A DNA stretch of 64,000 bases. It comes from Clostridia bacterium. GTDB lineage: Bacteria > Bacillota > Clostridia > Oscillospirales > Acutalibacteraceae. Shown in pieces: positions 7,458 through 17,933 of this stretch. Every line of letters begins with the position of its first letter. Within the stretch, counting starts at the first letter, position 1. The position numbers were made by a program, and so were the translations under genes. The stretch is from positions 71,823-135,822 of the forward strand of contig JAFRLW010000028.1 of NCBI GenBank assembly GCA_017431035.1, in the 5' to 3' direction. A model generated the notes under the pieces. The model saw only the letters and a program-made list of their open reading frames with translations. It ran no database searches and had not been told where the DNA came from.

Positions 7458-8159
7458 ATGTCTATTGTATCATTTGATAACGTATCAAAAATCTATACAA
7501 GCGGAGACCACGAACTGTATGCGCTCAATAAGGTTAGTTTTAATCTTGAGAAAGGAAAGTTTGTCGTAATTCTCGGCCCGTCAGGCGCCGGAAAAAGCAC
7601 CCTGCTTAACCTACTCGGCGGACTTGACAGTCCAAGCGAGGGCACTATTACCGTATCGGGAAAAGATATTTCAAAACTAAGCGACAATTCTCTTGCCGAT
7701 TACCGTGCCGCTACGGTAGGTTTTGTTTTTCAGTTTTATAACCTTATACCTACGCTTACCGTATATGAAAACGTAAAACTTGTTTCCGAAATATCAAAAA
7801 ATGCGCTTGACGCCAAAGAGATGATAAATAAAGTAGGTCTTCTTGACCATTTGAATAATTTCCCCTCTGAACTCTCAGGCGGTGAGCAACAAAGAATATC
7901 GATAGCCAGAGCCCTTTGCAAAAACCCCGAAATACTTCTTTGCGACGAGCCCACCGGTGCGCTTGACTCCGAAACGGGCGTTATGGTATTAAAACTGCTA
8001 CTTGATATGGCAAAAAATTACGACAAAACCATAGTTATTGTAACCCATAACCAAAACATAGCAAAAATGGCGGATGTTGTTATTCGTGTTAAAAACGGAA
8101 AGATACGCTCAATAGAAAACGAGGAACATCCCCTATCAGCAGACGAGGTGGAGTGGTAA
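7458..8159 (+). CDS. ABC transporter ATP-binding protein (MacB/LolD-like)
   Basis: Walker [10 protein letters not shown], signature LSGGEQQR, Walker [13 protein letters not shown]. Confidence 0.9.
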   Translation: MSIVSFDNVSKIYTSGDHELYALNKVSFNLEKGKFVVILGPSGAGKSTLLNLLGGLDSPSEGTITVSGKDISKLSDNSLADYRAATVGFVFQFYNLIPTLTVYENVKLVSEISKNALDAKEMINKVGLLDHLNNFPSELSGGEQQRISIARALCKNPEILLCDEPTGALDSETGVMVLKLLLDMAKNYDKTIVIVTHNQNIAKMADVVIRVKNGKIRSIENEEHPLSADEVEW

Positions 8160-10546
8160 TGCTTATAAAAAAATTGCTCCGCACCGCATGGAGTTATAAA
8201 TCACAGTTTATTTCAATGATAATAATGATGATACTCGGCATTGGTGTGTTTTTAGGTTTTAATATGGAGTGGAAAACCATTGAATACGATACCGACCGAT
8301 TTTTCACCGAAACAAAATACGCTGATTATCGTCTTTATTCGGAAAACGGCTTTACAAAGGATGACCTTAAAAAAATAACCTCTATAAAAGGGGTTGATGC
8401 GGCTACAAGATTTCTTTCGGTCAACCTTGACATAAAAGGCAAAGACAAAAAAGCGCTCGCCGTTGACGTATCGGAAAACTTCACCGTTTCAACCTTTAAG
8501 TTGATGAGCGGTAAAAAATATGACGACAAAAGTGAAGAGATATGGCTCTCCGATAAGTTTGCCGAAAAAAATAAAATAAAGACAGGCGACACCCTCACCC
8601 TGCTTTTTCAGGGTACGGAGATTGATTTTAAGGTTGCAGGGCTTATAAAATCGGGCGAACATATGATTTGCCTTGCCGACAGTAATCAGGTTATGCCTGA
8701 TTTTAACACATTCGGCTTTGCCTACATAACACCAAGTAAACTAACCGCTATTCTAAAAGAAAAGATGATAACTGCCGCAACGGATAAGATGACCGCCGCA
8801 GGTATGCCGGAAGACTTGGCAATTAAAGCGGCTACAAAAGCGGTAGATAAAGAAGCGATAGAAAAAGCAGAGAACGAAGCATTTTCCGCAATAAATCTAC
8901 GCTCTGATCTTAATAAGACGGAACTTGAGGATCTTGTAAAAGAAAAACTCGGTAAAACGCTTATGGTAGTATCAAAAGATGACCACGTAGTATATAAAGA
9001 GGCAATGGGTGAAGCGACCGAGGGCAAGACAATGGGGTCTATACTTCCCGTTTTGTTCCTTGCCATAGCGATACTCACAATGGTCACCACTATGCACCGT
9101 ATCGCCACCAAAGAAAAGACCCAGATAGGCGTTCTAAAAGCGCTCGGTTTCAAAAACCGCACCATACTTTTACATTACTCGTTCTATGGACTATTTATCG
9201 GTATAGTAGGTTCGGCTTTAGGCGTGGCTCTCGGTTACTTTATATGCAAACTCGTTATGAGCGAAAACGGAATGATGGGAACATATTTTGATATGCCCTA
9301 CTGGACTGCGGCAACCCCGACTTTTTGCTATCCCATTATAGCAGGTACCGTTATCCTGCTATCGCTTATAAGTTACCTATCGGTAAAAGCGCAACTTAAA
9401 GGTTCGGCGGCGGACGCTCTGAGGCCCTACACGCCAAAGGCTATGAAAAAATCTTTTCTTGAAAAGATACCCCTCTTTTCAAAACTCAACTTTGCAACAA
9501 AGTGGAACATCCGTGACCTTGTTCGTCACAAGAGCCGTTTTGCCATGACCCTTGTCGGCATAATAGGTTGTATGATTTTGTTAGTCGGCGGACTTGGTAT
9601 GAGAGACACAATGTCTGGTTTCCTTGATTTGCTTGATAACGATATTTCACACTATGCCACCAAAGTCAACATTGTGGAAAACACCGATATTAAAGCCGTA
9701 AAACCGCTGATAGATGAACTTGACGCCGATTATGAAAGTTACGTCGGTATCAGTATTGACGGTTATACCGCCACCCTTGATATTGTGAGTAACGATAATG
9801 GTAAAATCAGCGTTATAGATGAGGACAATAAAGAAATCGACCTCAAAGACGACGGCGTTTATTTGTGCCTTAGACTTAAAGACAAAGCAAAGGTGGGAGA
9901 ATATATTGAGTTTTCTCCCTACGGCAGTGATGATACCTACAAAGCAAAAGTATTAGGCTATAACCGTTCCATAATGACCGAGAGTATAACCTTGAGCGCT
10001 AAAGCAGCGGATTTGCTTGGAATTAAATACAGCGTTTCCGCACTCTATACGGACAAATCTTCAAACGATATTAAAAACTCCGACCTGATATCCGGAAAGC
10101 AGGATAAAAAACAACTTATGGACAGTTTCACAAGTTTTGTCGAGATTATGGATACTATGGTTATAATTCTTGTTGTCGCTGCGGTAATACTCGGTATCGT
10201 TGTGCTTTATAATCTCGGTATAATGAGTTACGTTGAACGTTCAAGGGAACTTGCAACGCTGAAAGTATTAGGTTTCAGAAGTAAAAAAATAGGGCATCTT
10301 TTAATATCACAAAACATTTGGCTTTCTGCCCTCGGCGTTATACTCGGACTTCCGGCAGGAATTATTACTCTTAAATGGCTCGTAGTCGCCCTCGCCTCCG
10401 AGTACGAACTGAAACTGATGTTAGGACCTCTTACATACTTGGTATCTATCCTTTTGACCTTCGGCGTATCTATTCTTGTAAGTTTTATGGTTGCAAGGAA
10501 AAACCGTAAAATAGATATGGTTGAGGCGCTTAAAAGTGCTGAATAA
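8159..10546 (+). CDS. ABC transporter permease with two FtsX-type domains and large extracytoplasmic loops
   Basis: 795 aa. TM clusters at residues ~20-40, ~300-430, ~460-480 and ~660-790, with the FtsX-like motif (KTQIGVLKALGF / LATLKVLGF) occurring twice. The ATG at 8159 overlaps the ATPase stop codon (TAATG), with GAGGTGGAG upstream. Confidence 0.85.
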   Translation: MLIKKLLRTAWSYKSQFISMIIMMILGIGVFLGFNMEWKTIEYDTDRFFTETKYADYRLYSENGFTKDDLKKITSIKGVDAATRFLSVNLDIKGKDKKALAVDVSENFTVSTFKLMSGKKYDDKSEEIWLSDKFAEKNKIKTGDTLTLLFQGTEIDFKVAGLIKSGEHMICLADSNQVMPDFNTFGFAYITPSKLTAILKEKMITAATDKMTAAGMPEDLAIKAATKAVDKEAIEKAENEAFSAINLRSDLNKTELEDLVKEKLGKTLMVVSKDDHVVYKEAMGEATEGKTMGSILPVLFLAIAILTMVTTMHRIATKEKTQIGVLKALGFKNRTILLHYSFYGLFIGIVGSALGVALGYFICKLVMSENGMMGTYFDMPYWTAATPTFCYPIIAGTVILLSLISYLSVKAQLKGSAADALRPYTPKAMKKSFLEKIPLFSKLNFATKWNIRDLVRHKSRFAMTLVGIIGCMILLVGGLGMRDTMSGFLDLLDNDISHYATKVNIVENTDIKAVKPLIDELDADYESYVGISIDGYTATLDIVSNDNGKISVIDEDNKEIDLKDDGVYLCLRLKDKAKVGEYIEFSPYGSDDTYKAKVLGYNRSIMTESITLSAKAADLLGIKYSVSALYTDKSSNDIKNSDLISGKQDKKQLMDSFTSFVEIMDTMVIILVVAAVILGIVVLYNLGIMSYVERSRELATLKVLGFRSKKIGHLLISQNIWLSALGVILGLPAGIITLKWLVVALASEYELKLMLGPLTYLVSILLTFGVSILVSFMVARKNRKIDMVEALKSAE

Positions 10547-10692
10547 GCCTTACTAGGACAACAAGCCGTAAAAAGCCCGAATTTAGCCTTTTATCAGGCG
10601 TTTTTCCTTATCAATGATAAGCAATAAATCAACCTATACATTTTAGCTTTCTACACTTTTGTGTTTCTCCTAATTTTGTGTTTTGCAAAAAA

Positions 10693-10732
10693 CAAAAAAG
10701 GAACCTTTGGTATTCTCCAAAGGTTCCTTTTT
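10693..10732. terminator. bidirectional intrinsic terminator
   Basis: 12-bp stem AGGAACCTTTGG/CCAAAGGTTCCT (10699..10728), flanked by an A-run on the left and a T-run on the right. It serves the ABC operon (+) and the tRNA (-). Confidence 0.8.
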
Positions 10733-10809
10733 TGGCGTTCCCGAGAGGATTCGAACCTCCGACCTACCGCTTAGGAGGCGGTCGCTCTATCCAACTGAGC
10801 TACGGAAAC
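10733..10809 (-). tRNA. tRNA-Arg (anticodon CCT), CCA encoded
   Basis: Hand-folded reverse complement: GTTTCCG TA GCTC AGTTGGATA GAGC G ACCGC CTCCTAA GCGGT AGGTC GGAGG TTCGAAT CCTCT CGGGAAC G CCA. All four stems pair. 77 nt. Confidence 0.9.
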
Positions 10810-10842
10810 ATATATAGGGCATAGCCCTATTTATATTTTGTT

Positions 10843-11871
10843 TTATATTTTTATATTTTTCATTTCGTCACCCAAAACGTCTGCTATCTCTTTCAGGTGA
10901 CCTGTGCGTTTGTTCTTTAGTTTGTAGTGTTGCAAAAGTCCGTATCCCGGGTATTCATTACCCTCAACAAGCACGGGGCCGTTTTCGGAAAAAGCAATAT
11001 CCCAACCGATATACCTGACCTGCGGTATCTTCTTTGCGGCGGTTTTGCAAATATCAAACGCCTCTTTTACAAAGGGTATTTTAATTTCGTTAAAACTAAT
11101 ACCGGTCAAAGGATGTGTAGTGTAAACGTTGCCGAGATCATCAATAACGTTGCTGTCTATTCTCCCGTCTTCACCGAGACTGAAATACAAATCCTTTGTG
11201 CAACCGATGACGTTATCCTCACCCTGATTAACCCTGAGGGCATTGTTGATTATATGCGCCTCACCGTCTTTATAAAGGGTAATTATACGGAAAGAGTTAA
11301 CGACGCTCGGGTTTATTTTATCAAGTTCTTTGTGCTGGATTATCTCTTCTTCAACCAAGAAAAGACCCTGTTCTTTCAGTTCATTATAAAGTGTATCGGC
11401 GTTTTCTATTTCGCTAACCTTTATCTTTTTAACTCCGTGACCGCCATAGCCCACCGGGTCTTTTGCAAAAACGTTTGTTTTATTCTTTATAAACGCCTTA
11501 AAATCTTCACTGTCTGCAACCCTGAGGTTTATAAAACTTCTTCCGAGATAACATTTATAAAGTTCGTTAAAAATGAGTTTGTCCTCAATAACCATAGTAT
11601 AAGAAGGGTCGTTTAAGTAGGCAAGTATTTTATAAAAACTTTTTGCGGTTACAAAGGTATCTTTTTCTTTAGAAGATATCTCCAAAAAATTGCCTCTGAA
11701 AAAGTCGGTATAGCCGGTACCTCTTTTCAAAAAACTAAGAAACAGCGCCAGATAAATCTGCGCTTTGCTTTTGCCGGTGTTTTTTTGCATAACGAGTATA
11801 TGTTCGTTCATTCTGCCCTTATTTATATCGGTAAACTTATGAAGAAGCCATTTTGTAACACCGCTTGCCAA
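10843..11871 (-). CDS. sugar-transfer-associated ATP-grasp family protein
   Basis: C-terminal IGWDIAFSENGPVLVEGNEYPGYGLLQ and central GGHGVKKI resemble the ATP-grasp family found in polysaccharide loci. TTG start in the ORF track. Confidence 0.65.
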   Translation of the reverse strand: MASGVTKWLLHKFTDINKGRMNEHILVMQKNTGKSKAQIYLALFLSFLKRGTGYTDFFRGNFLEISSKEKDTFVTAKSFYKILAYLNDPSYTMVIEDKLIFNELYKCYLGRSFINLRVADSEDFKAFIKNKTNVFAKDPVGYGGHGVKKIKVSEIENADTLYNELKEQGLFLVEEEIIQHKELDKINPSVVNSFRIITLYKDGEAHIINNALRVNQGEDNVIGCTKDLYFSLGEDGRIDSNVIDDLGNVYTTHPLTGISFNEIKIPFVKEAFDICKTAAKKIPQVRYIGWDIAFSENGPVLVEGNEYPGYGLLQHYKLKNKRTGHLKEIADVLGDEMKNIKI

Positions 11872-11993
11872 AATAACACCGTCCTTTTAACTTTGTTGCC
11901 ATATTATTTTATCTTAATTAAAAGCACTTGTCAACACCGCACTTGCTTTTTTTCCCTTTTTTGATATAATAGATTTTAAGGTGATGAGAAAGG

Positions 11994-12416
11994 TTGGTGG
12001 TAGTTATAAAACCATTTTTTCAAAGTCTTAAAAAAACCTTTTTTTCCAAAGGATTTTTAGAGTTTTGTCTGCTCGGTTTTGTAAATTGTTTTAACGACTC
12101 ACTCTTTTCCTGGCTTGCAAAACTTGTAGGTCTTCAAAAAAATGCGGCGGCGGTTTTAGGTTATCTCATATCGCTGACTATTGCATTTTTCCTCACAAGC
12201 AAGTTTATATTTCACGCAAAACCTACCTTTATAAAATGGTATCGGTTTTTATTATCATATATACCAAACTTCATAATCTTCTTCCTTGTCACATTTATCA
12301 CGATAAATACGTGGAAGTTTCACCAGTTTGTCGGCACCTTTATCGCTGCGGCGGCAGGCGGACCGATAACCTACCTTATTATTAAAATCTATGCCTTTGG
12401 CAAGAAAAATGATTAG
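11994..12416 (+). CDS. GtrA-family membrane protein
   Basis: 140 aa with four TM helices. FCLLGFVNCFNDSLFSWL...LTIAFFLTSKFIFH is GtrA-like. Confidence 0.65.
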   Translation: MVVVIKPFFQSLKKTFFSKGFLEFCLLGFVNCFNDSLFSWLAKLVGLQKNAAAVLGYLISLTIAFFLTSKFIFHAKPTFIKWYRFLLSYIPNFIIFFLVTFITINTWKFHQFVGTFIAAAAGGPITYLIIKIYAFGKKND

Positions 12417-12427
12417 GCGGTGAAAAA

Positions 12428-13255
12428 ATGGAAGAAAAAAATATTATAAAAGCAGAAGACTACGAGGAGCCTCGTTGTCTACTCAACATGAAAAGAGATA
12501 ATGTAAATCCCATTGATACCGGACGGTTTATAGAAAAACTCGACGAATATCTCGGCAAAAACGATTTACAAGGTGCGCTTCGCCACCTTCTTTACTGGCG
12601 TGAAGAGGCAAAATCGGGAAACGACCTTCGTGGCGAGTTTTTAGTCCTTAACGAAATGATGGGTTATTACAGAAAAAACAACAAAAAGGCTGAAGCCTAT
12701 AAGGCGATAGAAGACACCCTTGAAGTCATAAAAAAATTAGGTCTTGAAGAGGAGATTTCGGGCGGTACGGCGTATGTCAACATAGCCACTGTGTATAAAA
12801 CCTTTTTTGATTCAGAAGCGGCTATTCCTTTTTTCGAAAAGGCAAAAGTAATATATGAAAAACTATTAAAAAACAATGACTCCCGTCTAGGCGGGCTTTA
12901 TAACAATCTTGCTCTTGCCCTTGTCGACCTGAAGAGGTATGACAAAGCGCTCTCCTACTACGAAAAGGCGCTTACTGTTATGGAAAAAGCGGAAAACGGC
13001 GAGCAGGAGGAGGCTATTACCTATCTCAATATGGCAAATCTTAAAGAGGCGACGATAGGTATTGAAGCGGCGGAAAAAGATATAAATGAATATATCGAAA
13101 AAGCCAAAACACTTCTTGACAGTAAAAATCTTAAAAGGAACGGATACCACGCTTTTGTTTGTGAAAAATGCGCTCCGACTTTTGAGTACTACGGTTATTT
13201 TCTCTACGCAAACGAACTGAAAGAAAGGTCAAAACGCATTTATGAAGGGAATTGA
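12428..13255 (+). CDS. tetratricopeptide-repeat protein
   Basis: Repeated A..Y.KAL..-type TPR helices (LYNNLALALVDLKRYDKALSYYEKALTVMEK). Confidence 0.75.
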   Translation: MEEKNIIKAEDYEEPRCLLNMKRDNVNPIDTGRFIEKLDEYLGKNDLQGALRHLLYWREEAKSGNDLRGEFLVLNEMMGYYRKNNKKAEAYKAIEDTLEVIKKLGLEEEISGGTAYVNIATVYKTFFDSEAAIPFFEKAKVIYEKLLKNNDSRLGGLYNNLALALVDLKRYDKALSYYEKALTVMEKAENGEQEEAITYLNMANLKEATIGIEAAEKDINEYIEKAKTLLDSKNLKRNGYHAFVCEKCAPTFEYYGYFLYANELKERSKRIYEGN

Positions 13256-14183
13256 GATTTCAAAAAAATATTATGAACAAGAAGCAAAACCCATTTTAGA
13301 GCGTGATTTTGCCGATATTCTTTCCCATATCGCAATAGCCCTTTGCGGAAGCGGATCGGAGTGCTTGGGCTTTGATGACGAGATTTCCCGTGACCACGAT
13401 TTTGAACCAGGGTTTTGTATTTTTATTCCGGGTGAAGATATTATCGATCGCAAAGCAGCCTTTAGTCTTGAGCGTTTTTATGCCAAACTACCTAAAGAGT
13501 TTATGGGGCTTAAAAGAAGTATGATGTCCCCTGTCGGCGGCAACCGTCACGGCGTTATAAGACTAAGCGATTTTTTGAATGAGAAAATCGGCACCCCTGA
13601 CGGAAATCTTTCTATTGAGGCCTGGCTTAAAATACCCGAATATTCCCTGCTTGAAGTTACAAACGGCGAGGTCTTTTTTGATAAGGACGGCACCTTTACA
13701 AAAATACGGGAACATTTGTCAAATATGCCCGCCGACGTGGTTAAAAAACGCCTTGCCGGTAATTTGCTTATTATGGCGCAGGCAGGACAGTATAACTACA
13801 CAAGATGTATAAAACACGGCGAAAAAGCGGCGGCGCAAATGGCTGTTTTCGAGTTTGTAAACGCCGCTATAAACGTTTGCTTTTTGCTAAACGGAAAATA
13901 CCGTCCTTTCTATAAATGGTGTTTTCGGTCGCTTAAAGAACTTAAGGTATTAAACGAGTTTTCAGACACCTTTGAATATCTTATAACCACCGAAAATGAT
14001 GATGCCACCGCCGAAACAAAGTATGAAATAATTGAAGACGTGGCTATGCGTATTATATCGGAATTGCAGGAGAGAAACCTCACCGACGCCATTTGCGGCG
14101 ACCTTGAAAAACACGCCTACTCGGTAAATGATAAAATAGAAGACTCTTCTATCAGAAACTTGCATATTATGTACTGTGTGTAA
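13242..14183 (+). CDS. DUF4037-family protein (Pol-beta-like nucleotidyltransferase fold)
   Basis: ALCGSGSECLGFDDEISRDHDFEPGFCIFI (GS...DxD nucleotidyltransferase motif). Overlaps the TPR gene by 14 nt. Confidence 0.7.
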   Translation: MKGIEISKKYYEQEAKPILERDFADILSHIAIALCGSGSECLGFDDEISRDHDFEPGFCIFIPGEDIIDRKAAFSLERFYAKLPKEFMGLKRSMMSPVGGNRHGVIRLSDFLNEKIGTPDGNLSIEAWLKIPEYSLLEVTNGEVFFDKDGTFTKIREHLSNMPADVVKKRLAGNLLIMAQAGQYNYTRCIKHGEKAAAQMAVFEFVNAAINVCFLLNGKYRPFYKWCFRSLKELKVLNEFSDTFEYLITTENDDATAETKYEIIEDVAMRIISELQERNLTDAICGDLEKHAYSVNDKIEDSSIRNLHIMYCV

Positions 14184-14194
14184 TATAAAAATAC

Positions 14195-14227
14195 AAAAAA
14201 GCCGTGAGTATTAACTCACGGCTTTTA
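14195..14227. terminator. bidirectional intrinsic terminator between convergent genes
   Basis: GCCGTGAGT-ATTA-ACTCACGGC (14201..14222), flanked by AAAAAA and TTTT. Confidence 0.8.
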
Positions 14228-14240
14228 ATTTTGCTTTTAA

Positions 14241-15590
14241 TTATTCAGCTTTTCCTTTTTTAGCCGAAACGATAAGGTTAACGATTATACCGAGAATTAA
14301 AGCAGCAGCAATTTCGGTAATGGTTACCTTGCCGATTTTGAGGGTCATACCGCCGATACCTGCAATAAGGATAACCGAAGCGGTGAAGAGGTTGCCGTTA
14401 TCATTAAGGTCAACCGGCTGAAGCATTTTAAGACCGGATACGGCGATAAATCCGTAAAGGGTAATGCACACGCCACCCATTACACAAGAAGGTATTGTGG
14501 AAAGGAAGGTTACAAACGGTCCGAAGAAGGAGATTACAATAGCCATAATAGCGGTGCAAAGAATTGTTACTACCGAAGCGTTACCGGTAATAGCAACACA
14601 ACCTACCGACTCACCGTATGTAGTGTTGGGGCAACCGCCGAAGAAAGCGCCTACCATAGAGCCTACGCCGTCACCGAGAAGTGTTCTGTGGAGACCCGGC
14701 TCCTCAAGAAGATCTTTTTCGATAACTGTTGAAAGGTTTTTGTGGTCGGCAATATGCTCAGCGAATACAACGAAAGCAACCGGAACATATGCCACAGCGA
14801 TAGTTGCGATATACTTAGCGTCAATAGCCTTTAGTCCTTTGAAACCTTCAATAAAGGTAAATGCGGGAACAGAGAATATCTTCATACCTTTGAATACGCT
14901 GAAGTCGATAACTTTAAGAGCGTCATTACCGGTCTTTATACCGATAACAGTGAAGATAGCTGCTACTAAATAACCGGCAAGTATACCTATAATAAAGGGA
15001 ACAAGTTTAGTCATCTTTTTGCCGTATACCGAGCAAATGATTACGGTTATCAAAGTAACGAGTGCGCAAATAAGAGCAACCCAAACGTTTGTCTTCATAA
15101 CATAAGCGGAAGCAGCGGCGTCAAAAGCACCTGCGAGTGAGTCGCCGATAGCGTTTCCTGCAAGGGACAAACCGATGATAGCAACGGTAGGTCCTATAAC
15201 TACGGCAGGCATAAGTTTGTTAATCCACTTAACACCGGCAAGTTTGACGATGATAGCAATTACTACATAAACAAGTCCTGCAAAGAAAGCGCCTATGATG
15301 ATACCGGCATAACCGATAGATGTTGAAGCCGCACCGGCAAAGGCAGCAAACATTGAACCTAAGAAGGCAAATGATGAGCCTAAGAACACAGGACTTCTGA
15401 ACTTAGTAAAGAGCAGGTAAACTATTGTACCCACACCTGCGCCGAAAAGCGCTGCAGACTGTTGCATTCCGTTTCCTACTATAGCAGGAACGGCGATAGT
15501 AGCCGCGAGGATTGCCAAAAGTTGTTGGAAAGCGAAAATAATCAGCTGACCGAACTTCGGCTTGTCTTGAACATTGTAAGCAAGTTTCAT
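14241..15590 (-). CDS. pyrP: uracil permease (NCS2 family)
   Basis: Polytopic NCS2-like sequence directly downstream of pyrR. I chose the start at ATG 15590 (AAGGAGAA RBS). The longer GTG start at 15617 would contain that RBS. Confidence 0.85.
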   Translation of the reverse strand: MKLAYNVQDKPKFGQLIIFAFQQLLAILAATIAVPAIVGNGMQQSAALFGAGVGTIVYLLFTKFRSPVFLGSSFAFLGSMFAAFAGAASTSIGYAGIIIGAFFAGLVYVVIAIIVKLAGVKWINKLMPAVVIGPTVAIIGLSLAGNAIGDSLAGAFDAAASAYVMKTNVWVALICALVTLITVIICSVYGKKMTKLVPFIIGILAGYLVAAIFTVIGIKTGNDALKVIDFSVFKGMKIFSVPAFTFIEGFKGLKAIDAKYIATIAVAYVPVAFVVFAEHIADHKNLSTVIEKDLLEEPGLHRTLLGDGVGSMVGAFFGGCPNTTYGESVGCVAITGNASVVTILCTAIMAIVISFFGPFVTFLSTIPSCVMGGVCITLYGFIAVSGLKMLQPVDLNDNGNLFTASVILIAGIGGMTLKIGKVTITEIAAALILGIIVNLIVSAKKGKAE

Positions 15591-15657
15591 TTTTTTCTTC
15601 TCCTTTATATTCCGCACACCCGGTACGGTTTAATATATTAAAACGAGTTCCCCCGAA

Positions 15658-16325
<668 letters not shown>

Positions 16326-16588
16326 GGAATTTTAACTATAGGTAGTTTACCACAATATATTTTGTTTGTAAAGAGTTTTTTAGCATATTTTGTATTTTTT
16401 TATATTATTTGTATTTTTTTATTGTTTATGGCAATAATTACCTTATATGGCAAAATCGTTATCTTGCACAAAATAAATGACATTTATTGGCAATTAAATA
16501 ACCATTTTTTAATAGATTACAATTTTGTAACTTTTTTGAGGGGTTGTTTTTTGTGCATTGTGTACAATTTCAGGGGCGTTTGGATACT

Positions 16589-16617
16589 TTGACATAGTTT
16601 ATTTTGATGAGTATAAT
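16589..16617 (+). promoter_or_regulatory. sigma-A promoter of the 3D-domain gene
   Basis: TTGACA (16589..16594), 17-nt spacer, TATAAT (16612..16617). Confidence 0.6.
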
Positions 16618-16691
16618 ATAGAGGATCCGAAAAAAGACGTATGCATAATCTACTTAAATCTCACGTATACGTTTAGAAAAAGGAGAATTGA

Positions 16692-17834
16692 ATGGAAGAA
16701 ACCCACAGTATAAAGTTTAAGGCGTTAATGGAACGAGTAACAGGGTTCACCCGTGATACCATATCACGAATAAGAACCAATAAAAACGTTGCCTCTCGCC
16801 TGCCGCTTATACCTATTCTTATCATAGCGGCTGTCGCCGCCGGAGTTGTCTTTGCAAAATCGGTAAATACTTTTGAGATTTACGAGGGCAAAAACAAAAC
16901 GGTAGTTTACAGTATTTCACAAAAAGCCGAAACCGCTATCGGTAAGTTGGGACTTTTCGGTGATGATTATAAAATCACAGGTCAAGTTAAGACGGCGAAG
17001 AAAAATCGTGTCACCATTGAAAAAACCTTTCCGGTTAGAATTATTTCGGGTGACGAGGTTATCAAGGTCAAAGCCATTAAATCAACCGTAGGCGAGATTT
17101 TGGACGAAGCCGGAATTACTGTTGATAAGTATGATATGGTAAACCCCGGTGTAGCTGAGGTGATGTCTAAAAAAGGCACCATAGACTACGTCAACATCGA
17201 CTACGTTTCCGAAACCAAAGATGAGGTAATCCCCTTTGATACAAGGACGGTATTTTCAAGCACCCTCTCCTCCGGCGATTCATACGTAACAAATGGCAGT
17301 GACGGACTGAAAACAGTTAGTTATCAGACCAAACTCGTAAACGGTATTGCCACCGAAAAAACGGTCATCAGCGAACAGGTTATTACTAAACCTACAAGCG
17401 GAGTTAAGGTTGTAGGAACTGCAAACGGCGGACGGATCACAACAGGCGTTGCAGTAAGCACAAGCAGTCAAACCGGTTGTTATTCAACCCTGACCCCTGC
17501 TTCACCTATTCCGCTTGATGAAAACGGTGTTCCCACAAATTATACAAATCATATCACCGTTCAGGCTACTGCCTATACCTATACGGGCTTTAGAACTTCT
17601 ACAGGTAAAAACCCGCAACCGGGATACGTTGCAGTTAACCCCTCATATATTCCCTATGGTACAAGAATGTATATTATATCAAGCGACGGCGCTTGGATTT
17701 ACGGCTACGCCGAGGCGGCGGATACGGGCGGATTTACCGCTTCAAGACCTACAAACATAGACCTGTTCCTTGAAACCGTATCACAGTGTTACGCATTTGG
17801 CAGAAGAAATATAGAAGTTTACTTCTTACCGTAA
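16692..17834 (+). CDS. YabE-like cell-wall protein (N-terminal TM, DUF348, G5 and C-terminal 3D domain)
   Basis: TM anchor; G5-like TEKTVISEQVITKPTSGVKVVGT; 3D domain VQATAYTYTG...GTRMYI...GYAEAADTGG. Confidence 0.8.
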   Translation: MEETHSIKFKALMERVTGFTRDTISRIRTNKNVASRLPLIPILIIAAVAAGVVFAKSVNTFEIYEGKNKTVVYSISQKAETAIGKLGLFGDDYKITGQVKTAKKNRVTIEKTFPVRIISGDEVIKVKAIKSTVGEILDEAGITVDKYDMVNPGVAEVMSKKGTIDYVNIDYVSETKDEVIPFDTRTVFSSTLSSGDSYVTNGSDGLKTVSYQTKLVNGIATEKTVISEQVITKPTSGVKVVGTANGGRITTGVAVSTSSQTGCYSTLTPASPIPLDENGVPTNYTNHITVQATAYTYTGFRTSTGKNPQPGYVAVNPSYIPYGTRMYIISSDGAWIYGYAEAADTGGFTASRPTNIDLFLETVSQCYAFGRRNIEVYFLP

Positions 17835-17841
17835 CAAATAT

Positions 17842-17876
17842 AGGACTGAAATCAAAACGATTTCAGTCCTTTTATT
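17842..17876 (+). terminator. intrinsic terminator
   Basis: AGGACTGAAATC-AAAAC-GATTTCAGTCCT followed by TTTATT. Confidence 0.8.
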
Positions 17877-17892
17877 ATACCTTTTATCATAT

Positions 17893-17921
17893 TAAAAAGG
17901 CTTCGAGTATAACCCGAAGCC
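17893..17921 (-). terminator. intrinsic terminator after hppA
   Basis: GGCTTCG...CGAAGCC stem (17899..17921), followed on the minus strand by TTTTTAAT. Confidence 0.65.
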
Positions 17922-17933
17922 TTTAATCATTTA

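Noticed and set aside
16618-16691. Expected cyclic-di-AMP (ydaO-type) riboswitch upstream of the YabE-like 3D-domain gene
   Set aside because: The leader is only about 70 nt. I could not find the conserved ydaO elements as I remember them. Only a weak ACGTAT/ATACGT hairpin is present.
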